Shown here: positions 1 through 9,287 of the stretch, in pieces
How the letters are laid out: each line of letters starts with the position of its first letter
Numbering within the stretch: the stretch's first letter is position 1
Notes under the pieces: model-generated
What the model saw: only the letters and a program-made list of their open reading frames with translations
Database searches by the model: none
Told to the model about the DNA's origin: nothing
Translations under genes and position numbers: made by a program
NCBI GenBank assembly: GCA_044222475.1
Contig: JBGANF010000063.1
Coordinates: forward strand, 1 to 42,604
DNA from: Polyangiaceae bacterium
GTDB taxonomy: Bacteria > Myxococcota_A > Polyangia > Polyangiales > Polyangiaceae
Length of the DNA: 42,604 nucleotides
Reading direction: 5' to 3'

Positions 1-488
1 GCGTTGACGTTGCTCTTGGTGAACATCGGGAAGGTGATGTTGTACTTCGTCGTGCAGAACGTGCTGATCTCGGCGTCGGTCCCCGACTCCTGCGCTCCGA
101 ACTGGTTGCACGGGAAGCCGAGGACGCTGAAGCCCTTCGCTTTGTACTTGAGGTAGAGGTCCTCGAGGGGGGTGTACTGCGGCGTGTAGCCGCACGCCGA
201 GGCGACGTTGACGATGAGCATCACCTGCCCGCGGAACTCGCACATGCTGACGCTGCGCGTGTTGCCGAGGTTCTGGCTGGAGAGCTCGTAGAGCGAGCCC
301 TTCGGCGCGGCCGGGACGCACTCGAACGGCTTGCTGGCGTCTGTGCCTCCGCCCGAGTCGGGCTGGACGAGGTTTCCCGCGTCCTTCTGGGGTACGCCCG
401 CGTCCGGAAGGGGCGGCTCCGGCGGATCGGTGGCGGCGTTCGTGCAGGCGAGCGCGACGATCGGCAACGCAGCGAGCAGGCGCTTCAT
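1..488 (-). CDS. Glutathione peroxidase family protein with N-terminal lipoprotein signal (3' end runs off the window)
   Basis: Not in the ORF track; translated by hand from ATG at 488 (GGAGGT RBS upstream): MKRLLAALPIVALAC...MLIVNVASACGYTPQY...VLGFPCNQFGAQE...FPMFTKSNVN. NVASxCG and GFPCNQFG are GPx signatures; the active-site codon is TGC (Cys). Confidence 0.9.
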   Translation of the reverse strand, partial: MKRLLAALPIVALACTNAATDPPEPPLPDAGVPQKDAGNLVQPDSGGGTDASKPFECVPAAPKGSLYELSSQNLGNTRSVSMCEFRGQVMLIVNVASACGYTPQYTPLEDLYLKYKAKGFSVLGFPCNQFGAQESGTDAEISTFCTTKYNITFPMFTKSNVN

Positions 489-546
489 CCGGACCTCCAG
501 GGATTCATCCTACGACGTGGTACGTCGTGGGACAACCAGCGGTTTC

Positions 547-1143
547 TCACTTCGTGCAGGTGAGCGCGGCGCAAGCGAAATGTCCCTTCGCTGGCGAGAA
601 CAGACAGAACACGTTGATGCCGCCGCAGTCCGAGTCGTCGGTGCACTCGTCCTCGGGACGGTGGCAGAAGTACCCCAGCGAACCGGGCTCCTTCAGCGGG
701 CAGTTGGCGAAGACGTTGTCGCCCGAGGGCGAGCAGAAGCCTTTCCCGGCTACGCCGCAGTCGCCGTCGGTGCGGCACTCGGAGTTGAAGCACCGATTCG
801 CGCCGAAGCTCGTCTGCAGGCGACAGGCACAGACGCGGTTCTGTCCGCAGTCGCCGTCCTTGGCGCACTCGTCGACGCTGCAGCGGTTCTGCCCGCCTGC
901 CAGCAGATCGAAGACGCAGCGCGGGTTCGCCGCCCCCGCGTCACCCTGGCACTCGTCGTCGGTCTTGCAGCCGCCCGCGGACGGCTCGGGGGACGTCGGC
1001 GGCCGCGTGGGGTCGCACGCGGTCGCCGTGGGCCGGTGGCGTTTGGGCTCCTTGATGGAGCCCGCGTCCGGAGTCGTCGTGGACGTCGTCGTGCCGCACG
1101 CGAACGCGAACGCGGCGAGCGCGACTGGCGCGAGCCAGCGCAT
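547..1143 (-). CDS. Cys-rich secreted lipoprotein (repeated CxxDxDC motifs)
   Basis: C-terminal part of ORF 547..2304. ATG at 1143 overlaps the ALDH stop (TGATG). Lipobox-like AFAFAC; motifs CKTDDEC, CAKDGDC, CRTDGDC, CTDDSDC. Confidence 0.75.
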   Translation of the reverse strand: MRWLAPVALAAFAFACGTTTSTTTPDAGSIKEPKRHRPTATACDPTRPPTSPEPSAGGCKTDDECQGDAGAANPRCVFDLLAGGQNRCSVDECAKDGDCGQNRVCACRLQTSFGANRCFNSECRTDGDCGVAGKGFCSPSGDNVFANCPLKEPGSLGYFCHRPEDECTDDSDCGGINVFCLFSPAKGHFACAALTCTK

Positions 1144-2654
1144 CACTTCCCGATGAGGAAGCGCATCGCGAAGTCGACGGTCTTGCCGTACGGCGGGCGG
1201 AGCAACGCTCCGCCGTTGACGCGGGCCTGGCGGAAGATGCCCTTGCGCTTCGAGAAGATCTCGAAGCCCTCGCGCCCGTGGTAGTGGCCCATGCCGCTCG
1301 GTCCGACGCCGCCGAACGGGAGGTCGTCCTGGGTGACGTGCAGCATGGTGTCGTTGATGCTGACGCCGCCGGAGACGGTGCGCTCGACGACTTTGTCGGT
1401 CGCGTCGTCGTCGTGCGAGAACACGTAGAGCGCGAGCGGGCGCGGGCGCGCGTTCACGTAGGCGATCGCGTCCTCGAGCTTTTCGTACGGGATGACGGGC
1501 AAGATCGGACCGAAGATCTCGTCCTGCAGCACCTGCATGTCGTCCTTGCCGTCGAGGACGAGCGTCGGGCAGAGCTTGTGCTTCTCGACCGTGAACTCCT
1601 CTTTTGCCGGGTTCAGCTCGACGAGCTTCGCGCCTTTCTCCTTCGCCTCGTCGAGGTAGCCCTTCAGGCGGCCCCAGTGCTTCTCGTTCACGACCGCGGT
1701 GTAGTCCGGGTTGTCGAGGAGCTTCGGGAACATCTTCGCGACCGACTCCTTGCAAGCGTCGACGAAGCGCTCGAGGTCCTTCTTCGGTACCAGAGCGTAA
1801 TCGGGAGAGACGCACGTCTGTCCGGAGTTGAAGAGCTTGCCGAACATGATGCGGTCGGCGGCGACGTCGAGCGGGAAGTCCTCGGTGACGATCGTTGGAG
1901 ACTTGCCGCCGAGCTCGAGGGTGACGGGCACGAGGTTCTCGGCCGCGGCGAGCATGATCGCCTTCCCGACGCGCGTGGAGCCGGTGAAGAAGAGGTGGTC
2001 CCACGGAAGCTTCGAGAACGACTCGCCGAGGGCGGCGTCGCCGATGACGACGCGGACCTCCTCCGGGCCGAACGTCTTCTCGCACATCTTCGCGAGCACG
2101 GCGGCCGTGCGCGGCACGAACTCGCTCGGCTTGAGGATGCAGCGGTTGCCCGCCGCGAGGGCTTGAGCGAGCGGCTCGATCGCCAGGTTCACCGGGTAGT
2201 TCCACGGCGAGATGATGCCGACGACGCCGAGCGGCTGGGTCACGATCTCGGCCGTGGCCGGGGCGAGCACCCAGAGTACGGGACGCGACTCCGTCTCCAT
2301 CCACTCGTGCAGGTGGTCACGAGTGTGGCGGATGCACGAGAGCGGGAGGAACACGTCGGCGAGGAGCGAGTCCTGGGTCGCGCGGTGCCCGAAGTCGGCC
2401 GACATGGCCTTCACGAGCTCGTCCTTGAAATCGAGCATCGCGCGCTCGAGCTTGTCGAGCCGAGCGACGCGCTCTTCGTAGCTGGGCGCGCCTTTGCGCG
2501 AGGCCTCGTGCATGGCGTCGAAGAGCTTCTTCAGCTGCTCCGGCGTGGTCATGGCGGTCGGCTCGGGCTCCTTGGCCGACGCCTTCTTCGGCGCGGGCTT
2601 CGACTCCTTCGCGGTCTCTTCGGCTTCCTTCGTCGTCTCGGCGGCGCTTTCCAT
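1143..2654 (-). CDS. NAD(P)-dependent aldehyde dehydrogenase (coniferyl-aldehyde dehydrogenase-like, ALDH3 group)
   Basis: Motifs PWNYP, LKPSE, FTGST, LELGGKSP, catalytic Cys in SGQTCVSPDY, EIFGP, PFGGVGPSGMGHYHG. Confidence 0.93.
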   Translation of the reverse strand: MESAAETTKEAEETAKESKPAPKKASAKEPEPTAMTTPEQLKKLFDAMHEASRKGAPSYEERVARLDKLERAMLDFKDELVKAMSADFGHRATQDSLLADVFLPLSCIRHTRDHLHEWMETESRPVLWVLAPATAEIVTQPLGVVGIISPWNYPVNLAIEPLAQALAAGNRCILKPSEFVPRTAAVLAKMCEKTFGPEEVRVVIGDAALGESFSKLPWDHLFFTGSTRVGKAIMLAAAENLVPVTLELGGKSPTIVTEDFPLDVAADRIMFGKLFNSGQTCVSPDYALVPKKDLERFVDACKESVAKMFPKLLDNPDYTAVVNEKHWGRLKGYLDEAKEKGAKLVELNPAKEEFTVEKHKLCPTLVLDGKDDMQVLQDEIFGPILPVIPYEKLEDAIAYVNARPRPLALYVFSHDDDATDKVVERTVSGGVSINDTMLHVTQDDLPFGGVGPSGMGHYHGREGFEIFSKRKGIFRQARVNGGALLRPPYGKTVDFAMRFLIGK

Positions 2655-2706
2655 GGCCTGAGCATAGCGCTTTTGGGCGCGTCGTGAAGCGCAGCAGCGT
2701 GCGCCG

Positions 2707-3138
2707 TCACCCCTCACCGAACGAGGACAAAACGAGCTGTCTTCGATGCCCGACTGCCCGGTGCTCCCAAAGGTAGAGCGCCTGCCAAGTACCCAGCCCG
2801 AGGCGCCCGTCCACGATCGGAACCGTCTCGGAGGTCTTGGTCATGGCGGCGCGCAGGTGGGCGGGCATGTCGTCCGGGCCCTCGGCGTCGTGCTCGTACA
2901 GCCTCTCGTTCGCCGAGCTCTCGGGGGCGACGCGGGCGATCCACGCCTGGAGATCGCGCAGGACCGCGGGGTCGGCGTTCTCCTGAATGACGAGCGAGGC
3001 GCTCGTGTGGCGGACGAACACGTGGCAGAGCCCGCTCACGATGGCGCTGCTCCGGACGGCGCGAGCAATCTCGGCAGTGACGTCGTAGAGGCCGGCGCCG
3101 CGGGTCGAGACGGTGATCGAGGTCTGGTGGAAGATCAC
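2707..3138 (-). CDS. yjbQ: YjbQ/UPF0047 family protein (secondary thiamine-phosphate synthase)
   Basis: HTSASLVIQENADPAV, YEHDAEGPDDMPAH and LGTWQALYLWEHR motifs. GTG start at 3138 overlaps the upstream stop (GTGA). Confidence 0.9.
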   Translation of the reverse strand: MIFHQTSITVSTRGAGLYDVTAEIARAVRSSAIVSGLCHVFVRHTSASLVIQENADPAVLRDLQAWIARVAPESSANERLYEHDAEGPDDMPAHLRAAMTKTSETVPIVDGRLGLGTWQALYLWEHRAVGHRRQLVLSSFGEG

Positions 3139-3842
3139 AGCACGTCGGTGAAGAAGGACGAGAGGCCGTCGATCACCGGCGGCGGGATCTCGTGGCCACC
3201 GCGGAAGGGGACGAAGCGCGCCGCGAGGCCCGCCGCGGTCAGCTCCTTCGTGAGGCGCTCGGCGATCGAGAACGGGAGGATCGCATCGCTCTGGCCGTGG
3301 CTCTGGAACACGGGGAGGCCTTTGCGCTTCCCGTAGAGCTCCTTCCACTCGCGCTCCGCGAGGATGGTGCCGGAGAGGAGCGCGAGCCCGGCGAGCGCGC
3401 GCTCGCCGCGGAGCGCGACGTCGAGCGAGAGCATCGCGCCCTGGGAGAATCCGCCGAGGACGAGCTTCGACGGACGAAGAAGCTCGGTCGCCTCGTCGAG
3501 GAAGGCGTCCACGAGGATCCGCGCTGGCGCGAGACCCTCTGGGACCTCGTTCGTCAGATCGCGCAGCTCGCCGGAGCGGATCGCGCGATCGAGCTTCGCC
3601 ATGTCGATCATCCACCACGCGCGCGCGTCGCCGAAGCCGAACGCGCCGAGGTCGATCGGCGCCGCCGGGAAAAGGAACCGCGTTCCCTGCGGCGCGCGAA
3701 TCACGCGCGACAGCGAGACGAGGTCCTCGCCCGGAGCGCCGAAGCCGTGGAGCAACACGACGAGAGGGCCGGAGCCCCCGCCCACGCGATCGGTTCCGCC
3801 CGTGAGGACGGCGTCGAGGCCGCCGAGCTCGAGCCGCTTCAT
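3135..3842 (-). CDS. Phospholipase/carboxylesterase (alpha/beta hydrolase)
   Basis: LLHGFGA, nucleophile elbow GFSQG, HGQSD, GGHEI: Ser-Asp-His triad. Confidence 0.9.
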   Translation of the reverse strand: MKRLELGGLDAVLTGGTDRVGGGSGPLVVLLHGFGAPGEDLVSLSRVIRAPQGTRFLFPAAPIDLGAFGFGDARAWWMIDMAKLDRAIRSGELRDLTNEVPEGLAPARILVDAFLDEATELLRPSKLVLGGFSQGAMLSLDVALRGERALAGLALLSGTILAEREWKELYGKRKGLPVFQSHGQSDAILPFSIAERLTKELTAAGLAARFVPFRGGHEIPPPVIDGLSSFFTDVL

Positions 3843-3876
3843 GGGATCACGCGCTCGCGGTCACCAGTTCGCTTGC

Positions 3877-5382
3877 TCACTTCGGCGGTTCGATCGGCGG
3901 GATCTTGTCGTCCTGAACGCACGACGAGAGATCGAAGAACAGGAACTTGAGCGCCGCCTCGTTCTTCTCGTACCCGGAGCCGGGGGCGCGCGAGCCGCAC
4001 CACTGCGGGAAGGCCTGGGTGGTATACGTGCTGAAGCTCGACCCGGAGACGTGGACGTCCGAGTAGACCGCGCGACCGCACTGCTTGTCGGCCGTTTGGT
4101 TCACCGGCGTGTTGAAGCTCAGGTAGAGCGTCTTGTACGGCGTGGAGTTCTGGCTCCCCGAGTAAAGCCAACGCGTCGCCTTGGAGTTCACCGCGTCGAC
4201 GTCGTGACGGAGGTCGTACATGCTGTCGATGCGACCCTTGCTCGGATCGAGCGGACGCACGTTGGCGAGCCACTCGGCCATCGCCTTGCCCTTCGGGAAG
4301 GACTGGTCGATGTAGTACGGGGGCGGGTCGTTGTCGTAGCCGCCGCCGACCCACTGCGCGACGCTCCCGAAGTCCGACGGTGCGTTGCAGTAGTCGAAGC
4401 TGCTGGAGCACTGCGCGGTCGTGGCGAAGAAGTTGTAGTAGTAGTGCGTCCCGAACGCGCGACCGCCGGCCTCGAGGTACTTCTTCAGGTTGGTGTACCC
4501 GTTGGCGGTGCGATCCTCGGCGCTGCACTCGCACGAGCCGAAGATGATGTCGTACTTCATCATCTCGTTGAGGTTGCTCCACAGGCCGGTGCCGGTGCCG
4601 GGGCTCGGGGGGAGCTGCTTCGACGTCGAGTCGGAGCCGCGGTAGAAGCGCACGCGCTTGGTGGAGGTCGGGCCACCGTACTCCGACGCGTCGATGCCGA
4701 TCGACGTCGGGAGAAAGCACTCGGCGTAGTCGCACGAGCCCGTCACCATCGCGATGAGCGGGATGTTGTCGTCGGCGGAGCCCTCGGCCTGCTTCTTCGG
4801 CAGGCGGATGAGCGACTCGAACTGGTTCGGCGCGGTCTTGGTGTTGTACTTGTTGTCGACGCACGCCGTGACCTCGGGGAGGATCACCTTGCGGCGCCAC
4901 TTGCCGAGCTGCATGACGAGCGGGATGTCCTTGCCGACCGGGACGTTCTTGAGGACGAACTCGCCCTTCTCGTTCGTCGTCGCGGAGACGACCGGCGAGC
5001 CGGACGCCGGCGCCTGGCACGCCGTGCAGACCGGGCCAGTCGTGATCGCGGCGAGCGGCGCGTTCGGCACGTAGACGAACACGTTGTAGAGCGGGTCCTT
5101 GCCGGCGGGATCGTAGACGATGCCGGTGACGGTGGTGTCGCCACTCTGGCACGTCACCTGCTGGCACTGGAGGTTCTGGCAGGGCGGAGCCGTCTCGGCC
5201 GCGGCGTCGGGGAAGTCGATGATCGAGGTGTCCGGGTCCTCGGCGTCGACGCCGGAGTCGGGGTTCGTGCAGAAGCCCTTGCCGGTTTCGCACGGGTTCG
5301 ACGACGACGAGCCGCAGCCGATCAGGGTGAGCGCCGCCGCTAGGGCGACCGCAATGGCGATGAAGCGTCCCGGAATGCTCAT
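3877..5382 (-). CDS. Myxobacterial lipoprotein with carboxypeptidase-regulatory-like N-terminal domain (paralog 1)
   Basis: ATG at 5382 with GAGGAG RBS; signal/lipobox LTLIGC. Shares TGxVYDPxGKxPLYNVFVYVPN, GKWRR, GGRxFGTHY and GxAVxSDVH blocks with the adjacent gene. Confidence 0.75.
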   Translation of the reverse strand: MSIPGRFIAIAVALAAALTLIGCGSSSSNPCETGKGFCTNPDSGVDAEDPDTSIIDFPDAAAETAPPCQNLQCQQVTCQSGDTTVTGIVYDPAGKDPLYNVFVYVPNAPLAAITTGPVCTACQAPASGSPVVSATTNEKGEFVLKNVPVGKDIPLVMQLGKWRRKVILPEVTACVDNKYNTKTAPNQFESLIRLPKKQAEGSADDNIPLIAMVTGSCDYAECFLPTSIGIDASEYGGPTSTKRVRFYRGSDSTSKQLPPSPGTGTGLWSNLNEMMKYDIIFGSCECSAEDRTANGYTNLKKYLEAGGRAFGTHYYYNFFATTAQCSSSFDYCNAPSDFGSVAQWVGGGYDNDPPPYYIDQSFPKGKAMAEWLANVRPLDPSKGRIDSMYDLRHDVDAVNSKATRWLYSGSQNSTPYKTLYLSFNTPVNQTADKQCGRAVYSDVHVSGSSFSTYTTQAFPQWCGSRAPGSGYEKNEAALKFLFFDLSSCVQDDKIPPIEPPK

Positions 5383-5402
5383 GGGTTGTCTCCTCGGTCG
5401 AA

Positions 5403-6839
5403 TCAGTTCGGGATCGGCGGCGGGGGCTGCGTCTCGTCTTGGACGCACGACGCGAGGTCGAAGAAGAGGAACTCGAGGGCGAGCTCGTTCGGCTTGTGGT
5501 CCTGGAACGAACCGCCGGTGCACGAGCTCGGCCACGCACTCGAGTAGTTGTTGAAGCTGTCGACCAGGTGGACGTCGCTGAAGACGGCCTTGCCGCACTG
5601 GTTGTTCACCGGCTGGTTCACCGGTGTGTTGAAGCTCAGGTAGTAGGTGTCGTAGTTCTGCGGCGTGCCGGTGTAGATCCACTGCGTCGCCTTGTTGGCG
5701 GTGACCTTGCCGACGTCTTCGCGCACGTCGACCAGCGGCAGCTGACCGAGCGGCGCGGCGTACGACGTGCCCTTGGTCACGTTCACGTACCAGTCCGCCA
5801 GCGCCTTGCCCTTCGGGAGCGCGGTGTTGATGAGGTACGGCGACGAGAGGAACTGGGACTGCTGCCAGTCGGCCACGCTCGCGAAGTCGGTCGGGCCGTT
5901 GCAGTTGTCGAAGCCGCTGCACTGCGACGGAGATGCGAACCAGTTGTAGTGGTAGTGCGTGCCGAACACGCGACCGCCCGCCTCGAGGTAGGACTTCATG
6001 TTCGTGTACGCCGGGCCCGCCGTGTCACGCTTGCTCGGCGTGCACTCGCAGGCGTTGAACACGAGGTCGTACTTCTTCATCGTCGCGAGCGATCCCCAGA
6101 GGGTGTACGCGTCGCCCGGGTTGGCCGGCAGCCCTTGGCTGATGTCGTCACCCTTGTAGATGTGGACGCGACCGCTGCCCGAGGGGCCGGTGAACTCCGA
6201 CGCGTCGAGGCCGATCGTGTTGCGGATGAAGCACTCGGCCTGGTCGCAGCCGGTGGCGAGCGCCATGAGCGGGATGTCGCCTTCGCTCTTGTTCTTCGGC
6301 AGGCGCAGCGTCTTGTCGGCTTGCGGGTTGTCTTGGCACGCGGTGACGGTCGGGATCGTCATTCGGCGGCGCCACTTGCCGACTTGAAGGACGATCGGGA
6401 TGTCGGTTCCGACGGGCACGTTGTCGAGGACGAAGCTGCCGTCGGCCTTGGTCGACGTCGACACCACCGGCGAGCCCGAGGCCGGGGCTTGGCACGCGCT
6501 GCACGTCACGCCCTGCGCGAACGGTTGGAGCTGCGCGTTCGGGACGTAGACGAAGACGTTGTAGAGGGGGTTCTTGCCGCCCGGGTCGTAGACCTTGCCG
6601 GAGACGGTGGTCTTGCCGGTGGTGCAGGTGACCTGCTGGCACTGGAGGCCGACGCATGGCGGACCGCCGTCGGTCGACGAGTCGAGGTCCTGGAAAGGGT
6701 CGCTGTCGGGGTCGAAGCCGGCGTCGTTCTCACCACCGTCACCGGGGCCGAATTTCGACGGGCCGGACGAGCCACATCCGACCAAAAGAACGGCGGCGAC
6801 CGCCACCGAAGCGGCCGCGGAAATGAAGGAAAAGCGCAT
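5403..6839 (-). CDS. Myxobacterial lipoprotein, paralog of 3877..5382 (paralog 2)
   Basis: Signal peptide MRFSFISAAASVAVAAVLLVGC; same conserved blocks and C-terminal EFLFFDLASCVQD. Confidence 0.75.
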   Translation of the reverse strand: MRFSFISAAASVAVAAVLLVGCGSSGPSKFGPGDGGENDAGFDPDSDPFQDLDSSTDGGPPCVGLQCQQVTCTTGKTTVSGKVYDPGGKNPLYNVFVYVPNAQLQPFAQGVTCSACQAPASGSPVVSTSTKADGSFVLDNVPVGTDIPIVLQVGKWRRRMTIPTVTACQDNPQADKTLRLPKNKSEGDIPLMALATGCDQAECFIRNTIGLDASEFTGPSGSGRVHIYKGDDISQGLPANPGDAYTLWGSLATMKKYDLVFNACECTPSKRDTAGPAYTNMKSYLEAGGRVFGTHYHYNWFASPSQCSGFDNCNGPTDFASVADWQQSQFLSSPYLINTALPKGKALADWYVNVTKGTSYAAPLGQLPLVDVREDVGKVTANKATQWIYTGTPQNYDTYYLSFNTPVNQPVNNQCGKAVFSDVHLVDSFNNYSSAWPSSCTGGSFQDHKPNELALEFLFFDLASCVQDETQPPPPIPN

Positions 6840-6916
6840 GTCGAGAGCTCCTCGGGACATGCGGCGCATATGGCCCGTAAGCGGCCGCGGTGCAAGCGGA
6901 AAAGCTCGTAGATGCT

Positions 6917-7591
6917 ATGGTGGCGGGCGTGCGCCGCGCTCTCCTCCTCGTTGCGGCTGCGTCGTTCGGCGCGTCGTTCCTCGGGGCAATTCGACCCACC
7001 TTCGCGCGCGAGGACGAGGTCGATGGAAGGATGCCGGTGCGCGTGGGTTGGGGCTATGCCGCCGCGTACCCCGCGCCGTCGCTCTCGATCGCGGTCGAGA
7101 GTGAGCTCTCGGGTCGTCTCTCCGATCACGTCAGCCTCTTCGTCGGCAGCGGCTTCGAGGGCGTCATCGTCTACGACCCTCGCGCGCCCGACATCGCGCG
7201 CGGGTTCACGGCGGTCGGCATCGGTGGCGGGGTCTTCATCCGCACGAAGACCGTCGGGCCGGCGGTTGCGTTCTCGATGCCCATCTCGCTCGACCTCCGC
7301 GGCGACTCGGTCGCCGGCGCCGGCATCGGCTTCCGCGCGACGTTCTACCCCTACTACCACTCGCTCGTGGAGACGCTCGCGTGTCCCCACGGGCCGCTCG
7401 GGTCCTACGTCGGATCGAGCATCTTCTTCTGGACCGGAGTTCGACTCGACACGCTCGACGAGAGCAAGGGCGCGACGGTGAGCTTCGGCGCCGGGATCGA
7501 TCTGTCACGATCGGTGCTCGTGCCGCTCATCGGGTGGATCTTTCGCCAGGGGTGCTCGAAGGAGCGCGCCGGCGAGTCGTACGTGAAGTAG
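6917..7591 (+). CDS. Hypothetical exported protein, possibly an outer-membrane beta-barrel
   Basis: Hydrophobic N-terminal signal and alternating beta-strand patterns (GIGFRATFYP, VSFGAGIDL). Start is 6917 or 6890. Confidence 0.55.
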   Translation: MVAGVRRALLLVAAASFGASFLGAIRPTFAREDEVDGRMPVRVGWGYAAAYPAPSLSIAVESELSGRLSDHVSLFVGSGFEGVIVYDPRAPDIARGFTAVGIGGGVFIRTKTVGPAVAFSMPISLDLRGDSVAGAGIGFRATFYPYYHSLVETLACPHGPLGSYVGSSIFFWTGVRLDTLDESKGATVSFGAGIDLSRSVLVPLIGWIFRQGCSKERAGESYVK

Positions 7592-7602
7592 TCAGGCGGC
7601 GG

Positions 7603-9228
7603 TCACGCGCCCGACGGGGACAGGTCGATCGCGAGACGCGTGCGACCCACGATGATCTGGTCGCCGTGCTCGAGGTGCTCTTCGCCCTTCACGCGAACGA
7701 AGACGCCGGTGCGCGACTGCAGGTCGGTGAGGATGATCGAGCCGGCCTGCTCTTCGATGTAGCAGTGCTGATCGCTGATGAGCGTGTCGTTCGGGAAGGT
7801 GAGGTCGCCGACGCTCGAGCCGACCTGGAGCGTGGTGCCGCGCGCCACGACGCAGGCGCCCGGAGCACCACCTTCGAAGATCTGCACGACGCGGAACGAG
7901 CTCGGCCACTTGGGCGACGAGTAGAAGTACGTGGGGTCGGGATCGGGCTCGTCGTCCGCGTTGGGGTTCTTGTCCACGCGGAGGAGCTGATCGCCGACGA
8001 TGAACTCGTCACCGGCCTCGAGCTCGACCGGGCGCCGCACGCGGAGGAAGACGCCGTTGCCGCCCTCGATGTCCTCGATGACGAGCGCGCGGTTTTTGTA
8101 GCGGAACACGGCCTCGCTCTTGTGGCAGAACTTCTCGCCGGGGAGCGGGATGCCGCCGCTCGAGCCGATGATCACGTCGTCGCCGAGGGGCTCGTACAGA
8201 TCGGGTCCACCGGTGAGGCTTCGAAGGACGTGGACGCGGAAGCGGAGCTTCGGCGGGTTGATGAGCGGAACCGCCTCGGCCTCGGGCGGGCGCACCAGCG
8301 GCACCGGCGAGTGGGGCAGCGACGGCGGCATCTGCCGCGAAGCGGGGGCGTCGATGCCGGGCGTGGACGGCGCCTTCGTCACGACCGGAACCGGCGGTGG
8401 CGTCGGGCGACGGATCTGCGGCTGCGACGGGCGCGGAGGTGGCGGCGCCGGTTGGGCGGCGGGGAGCTTCGACGACGACGGCGATGCGGCGGGGCGCGCA
8501 GGCGCGGCCTCCGCAGCGGCTGCTTGCACCGTCATCTTGATGCCGTCTCCGCGGGCGGACGTCGCGGCCTCTTCCTTCTTCTTCTTGAGCGCCTTGACGT
8601 CGACGTTGGGCGGCTCGGTCAGCGTCTCCATTCCGCCGACCGCTTTGCCCTCGATGATGAGATCGAACTTGCCGTCGCGGAGCGCGACGATCATCTCCAT
8701 CTGCTGGCCCTTCATCAGGCCGCGAACGTGGAGAGCGATGTCGTCGCGCGCGATCTGGTCGCCGTAGACGCGCTTGTGGCTCTTGATGACGCGGCCACCG
8801 TCGGCGAAGAGGTGCGTGATGATGTGCGGCTTGTTGAGGCCCGAGTCCTCGGTCTGGATGTGGTAGACGCGATCCTTGTATTTTACATTGTTGTTGAAGC
8901 CGACCTGCGCGCGGTTGAAGCTCTGCGGCGCCATCTCGCGCTCGAGCTTCGCGACCTCTTGCGCGTTCCACTTCGCGATCGCCGCGTCGAGCTCGACGCT
9001 CTCGCCCTTCAGACCTTCCATGCGCGCGAACGCGGCCTTCGCCAGGACCGAGCCGGCGTTGATGCGCAGCGCCGCGGCCAAGAGCTTCTGTCCATCGGCG
9101 TCGTTCGGGCCGGAGGTCGCCCACGCCGTGAGAAGCTCCACGGCCTCGTCCGTCCGGCCACGCTCGGCAAGCCACTTTGCGACCTTGTCGGCGGCGGTTC
9201 GGGTAGGGCCTACGGTCCCCTGAGTCAT
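7603..9228 (-). CDS. FHA-domain protein (uncharacterised N-terminal domain, Pro-rich linker, two FHA-like domains)
   Basis: FHA motifs DTLISDQHC...DLQSRTGVFV...GDQIIVGRT and a degenerate first copy (EDIEGGNGVFL...GDEFIVGDQ). Confidence 0.8.
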   Translation of the reverse strand: MTQGTVGPTRTAADKVAKWLAERGRTDEAVELLTAWATSGPNDADGQKLLAAALRINAGSVLAKAAFARMEGLKGESVELDAAIAKWNAQEVAKLEREMAPQSFNRAQVGFNNNVKYKDRVYHIQTEDSGLNKPHIITHLFADGGRVIKSHKRVYGDQIARDDIALHVRGLMKGQQMEMIVALRDGKFDLIIEGKAVGGMETLTEPPNVDVKALKKKKEEAATSARGDGIKMTVQAAAAEAAPARPAASPSSSKLPAAQPAPPPPRPSQPQIRRPTPPPVPVVTKAPSTPGIDAPASRQMPPSLPHSPVPLVRPPEAEAVPLINPPKLRFRVHVLRSLTGGPDLYEPLGDDVIIGSSGGIPLPGEKFCHKSEAVFRYKNRALVIEDIEGGNGVFLRVRRPVELEAGDEFIVGDQLLRVDKNPNADDEPDPDPTYFYSSPKWPSSFRVVQIFEGGAPGACVVARGTTLQVGSSVGDLTFPNDTLISDQHCYIEEQAGSIILTDLQSRTGVFVRVKGEEHLEHGDQIIVGRTRLAIDLSPSGA

Positions 9229-9287
9229 TCGATGGCCATCATTTCTCGTTTTGGCTCACCGTCGCAAGAGGGATCACGAGGAAAGCG

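Noticed and set aside
193..195. Possible selenocysteine in the glutathione peroxidase
   Set aside because: The active-site codon in NVASACG is TGC (Cys), not TGA.
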